Under the pieces are notes generated by a model. It was given only the letters and a program-made list of their open reading frames with translations, made no database searches and was not told the origin of the DNA. Made by a program: the position numbers and the translations under genes. DNA of 64,000 bases from Lingula anatina (lineage: Eukaryota; Animalia; Brachiopoda), in contig CM120647.1 in NCBI GenBank assembly GCA_051362555.1, forward strand, positions 17,770,651 to 17,834,650. The letters are read 5' to 3'. Of the stretch, positions 48,862-60,408 are shown piece by piece (position 1 is the stretch's first letter; every line of letters begins with the position of its first letter).

Positions 48862-50936
48862 TGAATTGCTAGGAAAATCTAGGAGATTGTTAAGTAGAGT
48901 GCTTACAGTCGTTTGGCATAGCGTTTGTTCAGTATTGAGGGATAATAGTTCAAAATAGAAATATAAGAGAGAGAGAGAGAGAGAAACATGAATCCTGGAG
49001 CCTTCCAAGAAAATTAACCTTTTATCAAAACGACGTGAGACTAAAATTGCCTACACAGCCTATTGTTACCATCAGTCGCGGACTACACGATGTTTATAGT
49101 AGGGTTTACTAGTAGGCCTACAATATTGTGTATATGTATATACGGTGTGTATGCGACATAGACTTACATGTATAGCCATATCCTTCAACCCTGTCCTAAA
49201 TTTATCATCAGCTTGGACAAGGCCAAAAATATTAACAATAATAATTAGTTTATATATTTTACACAGTAGCCTGCAGTCTCTACCAGCTGAGAGGCATGCA
49301 AAAACTGCTATGACCGTAGGCCCTATCACCGGGAGGCAAGCGCAAACGAGGTAGACCGAGGATAACCTGGAGGAGAACCTTCCAGAATGATCTGCAAAGA
49401 GGCAACATCAGGTGGGAGGAGAAAAAGGTTGCCGCCCTACGTTACACAGGAGGACCTAAGACTAATTAAGACTATATATAATTAGATCCCAACCCCCATT
49501 AAAGAAAGCAATTAAACAACCCACACTGTTGTGACTATAACGTGTCGTGATTATAACCCCCAGTATCGCGACAACAGCCTAGCTAGCGCTAGTAATAACA
49601 CATGTTACGTATAACTATAACCCGTTCGAGGAAATAAGGGGGGCGGGGCGCTGCTTGCTTTGCTCCAAAAGCTCCAAGTAAGCCTATACAGAGTTATTTA
49701 TTTATTTATTTTTTATTTATAGTTTTTTTTTACAATTTTATAAATCTTGATACAGGTCTAAAGAAGATAAATCATGCGAAGTGTCTACACACACACGCGA
49801 GCACGCACGCACGCACACACATAAAAAGAAAAAGAAAGAAAGAAATTCGTTCCAAATCTATAGCCAATTAAATATCTAAAATATATACGTTGTCATTGGT
49901 TGCAACAACTTGCCTACTCCTGGCCTGTTGCCGACCAAAATAAGTTCAGCCAGAAGTTGGGGGTGTCAGGGAGGTCCTGACCCCCTCCTCCCCCCCCTTT
50001 CGATTTTTGAAAAAAAAAAACACCAATGGTCCCCTCTTGAAATAAGAATTTTGACTAGCTGAATCATAGTTTTAAACCGTACCAAAATTTTTCGGGAGCC
50101 ATCAGCGGGTCCCGAACCCCACGCCAAGAGGGGGGCTTCGTATCTGCGTACCCCCACCCCCTTCAAATTATCCTGTATCCCCCCCCCCCCCCCCCGTAGT
50201 CCGCTGTTCTGAATGCGTTCTGTGAGAACACTCGTGACTATGTTTCCAGAAAGGAATGGGGGCAAGCCCATCTTATATTTTTTTTCTGCAGATTCGGGGG
50301 TTAGCCCGACTTTTTTTTATATATTTGTGATCAGTGTGAACGTAACTGCAACCGAATAAGTATTTCTAATTGTTCTAGTAGGCGTATTTATTTCTTCATA
50401 ATAGGCTTATATTATAATTTGCGCAAATGATTTTTTTGTTGTTTTTGTTTGCCATTATATTTTTACGTCATTGTAATTATCATTGTTATCATTGTTATTT
50501 ATTCATTTTACTATTTTTTCTTTAGTTTCACCATAAAGCGCCAATACTTGTCATGACGTATGATGTGATATAGAGCAATAAAACTGACATGAGCTCCCAG
50601 TTGTTCAACATGGCGGTCAGGCCTATTATTGTTAATTGTGGTCACCCAGTATCAGATATGTATAGCGATAATTAGTGAATGTTACGATAACCTACGATAA
50701 TCTATGTTTATGATGTACTTGAACTCGTCAAGAAGTTGTATTTTACTGTTAGATGAAATGGTTCTAAAAGTAAAGCTAACTGAACTTAAATTTTTTATAT
50801 TCTGATTTTATCTAGTGTAGTCTTCTATGTGCAAATATTTTATTTATGAACAAGCTTGTCATTTTGTGTTTCTACTTTTTATAAGCCAAAAATTATTTTA
50901 AAAATAATAAATTTACTTATGCACCGCCGTGAAAGA

Positions 50937-50938
<2 letters not shown>

Positions 50939-50992
<54 letters not shown>
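50939..50992. repeat. (TAT)n microsatellite
   Basis: Direct reading. Confidence 0.95.
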
Positions 50993-50994
<2 letters not shown>

Positions 50995-51427
50995 TACGCC
51001 ATAAAATATATATTTTCACTTTACGTGTAGAGGTCTACCTTAATTTGCATAATTAATGTACCAATTATATTATCCTGTTGCGAATACAAAGTCATAGATA
51101 TGCACCAGTATTGGAAGAAAACAGAATTTAAATCGAACTATATAAAAAAATGAAATATAGAAATCATAACATAAATTGAAATACTCCAAGTTACGTAAAA
51201 AAAGTACAAATATAAATGAAATAATGAATTAATTGTATGAATTGGGGATATGTTATGCTGCCGCTAAGTTCAAAGTTATCCTGAACGCATTTGAAAGTTT
51301 CCCCAAGTCATATTTTCTCTGTCTACATATTCTGCAAAGCTACGAATCTTTCCATATTTAGCACTTTAAAACTATAAAACACCTTAAATACAGCTCCCTG
51401 ACGTTGAAAAGTCCTTCTGAAATGCAC

Positions 51428-53229
51428 AGCAAGACAACAAAGCTGTCAAGTATACAGACAAAAAGCAGAAAATAATAATGCACAAAACGGGTTACTCTGA
51501 TGCAATAATAAACTATGCTTACCAGCAAAGTCAACACCATATTTTAATTATGAACAACAGGTAATACGGATGTAAGTGAAACTTTGAAAATGCCAGAATG
51601 AGAAAAAATGAAAATTAAAAAAAAAAATACATAAATTCAAGAAAAATATGATAATCCAATCAAGCCGGTTTTCCAATAAGAGCTGTACATATCGCAATCC
51701 TAAGAATCATTCTTATAAGTTACAAAATAATTAGTAACACAGTTTTCTTTTTATAATGTTTGTGGTGGAAGTGCACAAGGAAGGTTTTTGTCAAATTTGA
51801 TGCAATATTACATATGATTAACAGCATAATCACCTTTAATTATCTACTATACATAACGTGAACACCCAGAAAATTTGATTACCATTCGGCTTCATGTCAG
51901 CGAGAGGTCTACGTCTCGCACCTAAAGTGCCAATAAGTGAAAAATGAAAAAAATTCATGAAGAACTGCATTGCTTCAAGAAGAGAATTCAATCAGACTTT
52001 TCCAACCCAAGCTGCACTTCATCAGTCCTATGAATCTTTTCAGTATGTTTGAGAATCATGATAAACAAGGTTTTCCTTTAACGGTCATTGTGGCGGCAGT
52101 GCCCAAAATAGTTTTTTTCTTCAATTTTGATGCAATATTACATAATGCTGAACAGCATAATCACCATTAATCTTTTATTATGCACTGCAGATAGCATGGA
52201 TATTTAGAGAAATTTAGAAACATTTAATGTGACTAGCGAAGATCTTCAGGCCATGGAACTTCAAAATCACACCTTGAAAATGCCAAAATGTAAACAAGAG
52301 ATAACTGTACTGAAATGAATTTCTTTCCATTTTCAAAACTTTTTTTATACAAATTTACTATAATTTTTGAAATTATCAACTAACGAGATTGTTGAGATGG
52401 GGAAAATATCAATAGAATAATGTTAAATGGTCAATTCGCTCCATTCTGCGATTCTGAACATAGTGAAGGATTAAATCTGACAAACTGCAATTATATTATT
52501 TTATTTCCATTTTTGACACTTTATTACACAATATACAATAGCAGATTTACCATCATTTTACATAATCAACGAACAATATTCTTATGACGCAGAAAATGTC
52601 AAAAGAACATTTTTTCATATTTAATTAGTTCAACAATGAGACTGTTAACCTGCTTAAGTACTGAATCTGAGGAAAAACAATTTATATACAAAAAAGGCAT
52701 AGCTTCATCAAAACTAAACCGTTCAAGAAAATTTTCAAACCTGATCTGTATACTAGTCCTATGAATAAATCCTACAAGATTTAAAGCAAATTATGGCGGG
52801 GTTTACATGTTATCTGTAAACGGTAGATAAAAGATGCTTTAAAAAGCGAAAAACAGCATAACAGTTAGAAAAATGGTCCAATCAAGCTGATCTTCGAACT
52901 CAATCTGTATTTCAGTAAGATTGATGGCTACTGAAAGTTTAAGTTTCAAGGCAATTGGTCTATCGTTTTTCTTGAAATTCATTATCATTGTTGCATATAT
53001 GCTGAAAAAAAGCGAAAAACAGCGTAACGTTTGAAAAAATTGACCGATCATGCTGAATTTCGAACTCGACCTGTATTTGATGAATGTTCATCAGTTCCGT
53101 AAATTTGAAGACAAAAAGTAAAATTGTTATCACTGAAAGTGCACAGCAACGGGGACGGCGGCGATGGCAGACAGCGACGCAAGTGACGGCCATATGTACA
53201 GAGACATCTGTGTCTGTACATAAAAAAAA
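51428..53229 (-). mobile_element. Solo, more diverged copy (about 1.8 kb) of HINE family 1
   Basis: CAAGACAACAAAGCTGTCAAGTATACAGAC at one end and TATGTACAGAGACATCTGTGTCTGTACATAAAA at the other; internal segments collinear with the nested copies. Confidence 0.8.
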
Positions 53230-54874
53230 CCATTTAGAACTAAACCATTAAATTTAAAATTGAATATAAACCGAAAAGAATTAAAGTGAAGTAAGTGTTG
53301 AGTAATAATACGTGAGTTGGAGAAATTTGCTTTTTACTACGAGAAAAATTCGTTCTGTCGGGCAAATTCCGTGTAAAATTCCTTGAAATTTGTCAGCAAT
53401 TGCCACTGAATATGTGCCGTGATCTATGATACACATAATTTACGTTCATACAAGTACATCCACAAAATGTGGGATTTTCCGCGTTGTGGCAGCCCTTTGA
53501 CTTTGCCAAAATGCAAATAAATAACGGCGACCGACCTGAGCAGAAATTTTCAGTTTAAGTCCAAGGTGATGACAAATTTAAAACTTTACCACCTGTCATT
53601 TTTTTTTATTGTAAAGGTGCATATAAAGGTGTGCAAAATATTCCATTTAAAATAATATATCTAAGTAACCTACAAATAAGTGATACATCAATAAATAAAT
53701 AAATAAATAAATATTAATAATAACAATGAAAATAAAAAAAAAACACCTTACTTGCAGTTTTGTCTGTGGAAAACGTGGCCGCGGCGGTTGAAAAACGAGT
53801 GCGGTGGCTTATACCGGCAAAGTCGCCACGCAGGGAGAATTCAAAGTCTACCTCGGGTACAGAAGCTTCTTCCAATCTTCAAGGCTTGTCTATCGTCTTC
53901 TGTTTGCGCCTCACCAGCGCGCCTTCTATTTATACTGCACGCTGCTCGAACTTTGACATGACGAAAGGTAAGGAATTTGCATATTACGGTGGTCTACTGT
54001 CGAGATCAGGTTCCACACAATTAGACCACAAAAACGTCAACGTTGTCGCAATCGACAACACAGACTGTGACAACCACCAAACAGAACGTTGTGGGATTTC
54101 ATATACAGTGAAGGTAGCGTCTATAAAATTGTAAAGACCCTCTTCCGATCTTTTTGTCCCATGTGGAATAGTTATTAAACTTGCAATACGTTCTCCATTC
54201 CAATATGAACTCTTTTGGATAATTTATCTCTTTTTTTATTTATTGATGTTTCACGTCTCCTGAGCTTAACCGACTTGTCTATAAAAATTAATGAATGTCC
54301 GTGACCGATCGATGAAACGAAATTAGTCAAAAACCAAAAAATCCGCAAATATCCTGTGATATCTTTGAGGTTTATCTTTCATACAAAAGTGGAGAGAAAA
54401 CAAACTTTTCTCGAATGTTCCATAAAGTTTGTTTTCTTCTTCACAAATTTTACACATACTTTCAAATTGCAGCATTTTTTATCCGAGAAACCTGAAGGAT
54501 TTGATGTATCACTCCCTTTTTTTTTCAATGACTTTCAAATAATAGTTAAAATGGCTCCGCGCCGGTCAAGGAGGTGGGGTCTGACGAAACTGAGGGTCCG
54601 TGTAACAGAAAGTCCGCCCTCCATATAGTTATAATGGTTAGGGTTAGCCTGACCTAAGTGGGTCAAAATCTAGGCAGAGGCTTGCTTGTTCAAATGAATG
54701 GGAAGCCGGCTCATTATCACGGGGGACTCTCTGTCAAGTTACACCGGTCTGATGAAGTACATTTAGGTCGTTCGAACTTGAATTCACTCATGGACGCAAG
54801 AGAAACAATTTTGTGTGTATCTTTGCGATTTGGAACGCTCCACGCCATAGCGTGTTTCGTAAAGCCGATTATCT

Positions 54875-54924
<50 letters not shown>

Positions 54925-55188
54925 GAGTGTGGAACTGCAAAAGCACTAAGAAAGTACGCGAGTACTAGTGAGATTGCGCACGCGTGAAAAAGACCTGACT
55001 GAATTGCTCGGAAAGTCTGGGAGATTATGATATGGAGTGTTCACAATCGTATTTCATAGCTTTACTTCTATAGGGAGGCAAATCAGAAAAAAATAAATAA
55101 AAAGAAAAATCAAAGTAAAGATACAAGAAAGACTTGAAAGACGGCCTAGGCTTACGTGTAAAGCAATATTCTTCCACCCTGTCCCACA

Positions 55189-55488
55189 CAGGCCGGCGCC
55201 CAACTACCAGACTCGGCACCGAACGATCCCGGACTACACTACCCGTTTCCAAGGTGCGTCAGTACGCATTTCACAGTACCATACCCGGAACAAATTTTGA
55301 GATGAGATGCACTACTTTCCAACCCCGCTGAGAATCAGCAGTATCACATCGCGTACTAGGCAAGAGCGGTGTCGCGTCTGGTACTTCGAAGCGCGTACTG
55401 ACGCACACCTTGAAAACGGGTAGTGTGGTCCGATCTAACGGTGAATTCAAGATCATTCGGTGCCGAGTCTGGTAGTTGGGTAGGCCTG
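55189..55488. mobile_element. MITE with long (about 100-bp) imperfect TIRs
   Basis: CCCAACTACCAGACTCGGCACCGAA / TTCGGTGCCGAGTCTGGTAGTTGGG; absent from the paralogous site near 57605. Confidence 0.8.
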
Positions 55489-56510
55489 CTACATGTATAT
55501 TATTATCAGGTTGGCCAAGGTAAAACGTATAAACAATAATAAATAAGAAATGTCGCGTACAAATTTAATTGGATAGCCTAAAAAAGGCCTACAGTCGGTC
55601 AGCACCCGATGATAGTGTCAAACGATAAATATGCCACACCTGCCCTTTTTCTTCTGTACCCAAAAATAGCTTGTAATGCGTTAGCCATTCTCTCTTAAAC
55701 AAATTTAGGCTATTTATTTATTTATCCATGCATTGATTATTATTCATTTTCTCAGTACGGTTTCCAGAGTCAAATTTTCTAGAGGACGCCTACTTATTTT
55801 GAAAAATTTACAGATTGTTTGCGACCAATCGATGAAACAAAATCAGAGTCTGAATCACAGAAAAACCGCAAATATCCTTTTACTTCCTAAGAAGGGAATC
55901 TTTCATGATCATAAACAGCGGAGAGAAAAAAACAGCTCTTCTCACCTGTTGCATCACACTTGGGTTAAATAATACACTTTTAACGATAACGGAATTACTT
56001 AAATGATTCATAGTCGACATTGATGTACATTGTATTTTAACTTTCATATCACATTTTGCTTTCAAAAATAGTTATAATGTTGGTTCAACGCGTAAAGTAT
56101 TGCAAAATTTAATACACCTCAAATTTTCCCAAATTACAAATTTGCCTTAACGACGGACTGGCTGTGATCCACAAACCAACTCAGTAAATAAAGAAACAAT
56201 TTATTTTTCGTTGGAAATGTTTTCTTTGAGAGGAAATTTCATTTATCTTAAAACCAAGACAATTACTTGCATGACCTTCGTTTTATGACGTCACCGCCTG
56301 GATTATAGACAAACACATCTATCTGTTGTAAAGCAAATGACTTACACTTTTACAATTTGCAGATAATAAGTAAATTGGAATCAAATGAGTAAAAGGATGG
56401 GTAGTTCTTGAGTGTAAGTTAAATTTTTTAAGAGTCAACAAGTGTAGAAATTGTTTTCGTGGTAGGAAAAGATGGGGCGTGTCAAGTCACATATAGAGAT
56501 TATATATAGA

Positions 56511-56759
56511 TATCCGCCAAGGAGGTTATGTTTTCACCCCTGTCTGTCTGTCTGTCTGTTTGTTTGTTTGTTTGTCATCAACATAACTCAAAAAGCTATG
56601 GACCGATTTTTATGAAATTTTCAGGGTAGGTGGGAAATGGGTTAACTTAGAAGTGATTAGTTTTTGGTGGTGATCCGGATCAATAATTAATCAATAATCA
56701 ATAATGATCGAAAATCGCTGCCTTGGCGGAGGTCTGCGCTCTCGGAGTGCTTTTTTAGT
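56511..56759 (+). mobile_element. Short HINE family 2, near-complete copy
   Basis: TCCGCCAAGG...CCTTGGCGGA subTIRs, (GTCT)n(GTTT)n microsatellite, 3' hairpin GCGCTCTCGGAGTGC, TAGT end. Confidence 0.82.
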
Positions 56760-58141
56760 ATACAAACTAAGGATGGGTATGGTCCAAGCATGAGTAATTC
56801 AAATAATATTTTTAATATTTTAAATTAAAAACAAGTCTTTTAGAAATTACCTTATAAGGACACATGTTGCATGGTGGTTTGCAACATTAGAATGGAAAAT
56901 TCCTTGTAATCACGCAGAGACAATGGAAAGAAAACAAGTAAACGCATGATCAGTACGGAGAAATAGAGTATAAATACTTGCGAAATTGTATGAAATACAA
57001 AGGTCCAAAAGCCCCAGATCGTCGACCTTCCCTCACTTATAACATAACTGACATTTAAAGCCGTTTTGCAATGCGCTTTATGACCAATGTCAAGAAAAAA
57101 GAAACCAAAGTACGACAAAAAGTAGGTTATAGAATGGAATTCTGTACGTGTATTACAACAGAACCGCGGGGAGGGGGGGGGGGGAGGGTTACACCAGTAA
57201 GATCCCCAAGCAAGTGGATCCTGATTACTGTCTGACCACAGGGTGCGCTAATAGGCCATAGTCTGTTACTAAAATGTAATTTTTGAGGCTCTGATGACAC
57301 ATTGTACATAGCGCCTGATACAGCTCGTTTACTTCTTCATACATTCTGTTTTCATATTGGAGCCTGTCATCTCCGAGAAATTTCATTTCCGAGGATCGGG
57401 TTGTAAAAGCTCCAAATTGCACGCGAGAGTATGTGCGTATGCATGTCCAAGGCCTTTTTTTATTATACAGTGAGGATACCTGGATCATTCTACCAAATAA
57501 ATGAAATAGTAAAATCTATACACACACGTTGTTAGCGATATTATTTACAATGCTAAAAAATGCCGGCATAGACTTGCGCGTGTAAAGCAATATTCTTTCC
57601 TCCTGTCCTGCATGTATATTATCATCAGGTTGGCCAATTGCAAGGTAAAGCATATAAACAATAATAAATAAGAAAAGACGCGTACGACTTTAACTGGAGA
57701 GCCTAAAGAGGCCTACAGTCGATAGGAACCCCGTGATGGCATGCTTTACCCTTCGCCCTCTAAAATACCAAAATATAAATAAATATTCCAGACCTCCTGT
57801 CCATATATTTTTCCATATCTAAAAATAATTTAGAATACGTTATTCATTCTATTATGAACAATTTTAGGTAATTTATTTATTTATTAGTGTATTTAATATT
57901 ATTTATGTGCTCACATTTTGCTTTCAAAAATAATTAAAATGATGGTTCGACGCGTAAGGTATTACAAAATTTCATACGCCTCAAATTTTTTCCAAATTAC
58001 ACAAATTACATGGACTGGCCGTGATCCACAAATACACTCAGTTAAGAAATATTTTCATTTCCAAGGATCGGATTGTAAAAGTTCCAAGAAGCACGCGACA
58101 GTAGTACGTATGCATGCCTATGGCCCATTTTTATTATACAG

Positions 58142-58325
58142 CAGGGCCCCGAATTTTGGTATTTAAGAGGACGAAGGGTGCCATTTGGTATGGTTTAAAA
58201 CTACAGTTCAGCTAGTCATATTCTAATTTCAAAAGGGTACCACTGGGGTGATTATTTTTTTCAGAAATCGAAGGTGGGGGAGGGGGGGGGGGGGGAGCAG
58301 GAGCCCCATTCTAAATCCGCCACTG
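58142..58325 (-). mobile_element. hAT-like MITE fragment (CAGTGGCGGAT end)
   Basis: CAG...CTG ends; absent from the paralogous site near 57470. Confidence 0.55.
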
Positions 58326-59461
58326 CCTGTAAGTATGAGGATACCTGGATAATTCTACCGAGGTACTGACTATGTGGTTATCATAGGCATACACGTCTTC
58401 GTACCGTTAGCTCGCTATACATGTAACATAGGTCACAGAATAAAGAAGAAACTGGTACTGGAAACGGCCTCCCGACCTATCTAATAGCCAGGAATTTTTT
58501 TCCTGAAGAAGGGATCTTTTTACCTCATAGTTAACTAAACTCGTGAAATGAAATTCTGATCAGTTCAGATCATTCCTTTTTTGACCAAAGAGGGGCATTT
58601 TTCCCCCGAACCACCACCCCTGCTTTTGCTCGTTTCTATTTATTTATGCTACAGGAGAGTATGAGAAGTCAGTGTATCAAAACAAAACGATTGTTGCTAT
58701 GAATAATGTTATTTGAATTCTGTATGCTACATGAAACATTAAAACTTTTCCACTGTGAAAAAAATTCCTATCCCCTCAACAATGGCCCATATAAAAAAGA
58801 TAAGTCGGAGCACTAATTTGCATCAATTTAAAGACAGCATGAATATTTCTCTACTTTATTTAGCATTTCACTCATAATGGTGCAAAAAAATAATTAAATA
58901 ATAATAATAATACATATTAAACAAAAAATAAAAGCCAAATAAATGAAACAGAAAAATCTTTGCACACACATTGTTAGTGATATTATTTACAATGCTAAAA
59001 ATGTCTGCTCAGGGCTGATATAAAAGAAAAAAATACATGTATTATAGGTCCATATGTTCTTTTTTTACATAAATAGTGTCAGTAGGTTTTGTCTCCATAG
59101 ATCATGTCACATCTAAAAACCAATTCTCGACAGTTGCATGATTAGGTTGCGCTTGTCCCGAGCTTAACATGCATAGCTCAAAAAGGGCTATAATCAAATT
59201 TCTTGTTGGAAACTGTTTAAGCAGGTTGCAATCTTTTATCCTTGGGTGTTACTCTTACTAGACGTTTGCATGAAGCTCACTCAATTTTGTAAACATAATT
59301 CTTTTTATTAATATTCAACCTATAGTCACTACAGGTTTCTCCAGGGTGGCACTTCTACAAGTATTTACATTAAGCTTTATTTGGTCTGTGAGTATATTTT
59401 ACATTGCAGACAATTTTAGCTGATGCAAATCTTTTCTCCTGGGGTTTCACTGCATCTTTAA

Positions 59462-60179
59462 GGCCGCATTCTCAACGAATTGAGCCAGGCTTTACAAATC
59501 CTGAGAACTAAAAATGGAGCATGTACATGAAAGAAAAACCGCCTAATCTTTTAATAGTCTCTCCGCCTCTCACACGCCTCCCCACACGTCGTCCCTGCGG
59601 GGTACAGTAATTAAATCTCGGCTCCGTTCGCCATACAGAAGCTACCTGAGAAATATTAAGTGCGCATGCTCATTGGTCAGTTATTGGTCATCAGCTAGTT
59701 CCCCTTCTTCAGTTGAAAGTGGGGAACAAGGCAAACATCAGCATAAGAACGAACTGCGCCCTTTGACAAGACCGCATATGCAAAAATTCTGCCCACCTCC
59801 AACTCCGTCTACTGGGGCTGGGTATCTCTGTGAATATCTCCGTGAATATATCTCTGGTGATATTATCTTCGTAGATAGTCGATTCATTGCTGCTCTACGG
59901 GCCAATTCATTCCTTTTTCGTCTCTGTTTTGACAGATGATAGAACAGAAGAGCTTTTTTCCTTCGATCGCCTTCAGCCGCCATGCTTTCTTCACCACGAG
60001 TTTAACTGATGACCATGCGCACTTAATATTTCTCAGTACCCCGCAGGGACGACGTGTGGGGAGGCGTGTGAGAGGCGAAGAGACTATTAAAAGATTAGGC
60101 GGTTTTTCTTTCATGTACGTCCGCCATTTTTAGTTCTCAGGATTTGTAAAGCCTGGATCAATTCATTGAGAATGCGGTC
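59462..60179. mobile_element. Non-autonomous PIF/Harbinger element with about 170-bp TIRs
   Basis: GGCCGCATTCTCA...TGAGAATGCGGTC, TAA TSD (59459-59461 and 60180-60182), near-perfect inverted arms. The internal short ORF MAAEGDRRKKALLFYHLSKQRRKR could be a transposase N-terminal remnant. Confidence 0.88.
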
Positions 60180-60408
60180 TAAGCTTTTATAAAGAAGCTG
60201 AATTTGGTGTAGAGGCACAGTTTCTGTTTACAGGAGCACAGATTGCTACACGTTTGTTTTACAGAAGTGGAACTCTGCCAGAATGTGTAAACCTCTGTAA
60301 TGAGAGTAGGCATAAGAGAGTAATTCCTATTGGTGAATATTCCACATGTGGCTTTACATATGTATTTTTTCCCAGGGGTGTCACTCCTCACCAAACCCTC
60401 CCTAAGCC

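Noticed and set aside
50607-50617. CAACATGGCGG YY1/Kozak-like motif suggesting a divergent gene start
   Set aside because: No substantial ORF or donor follows; more likely a repeat fragment.
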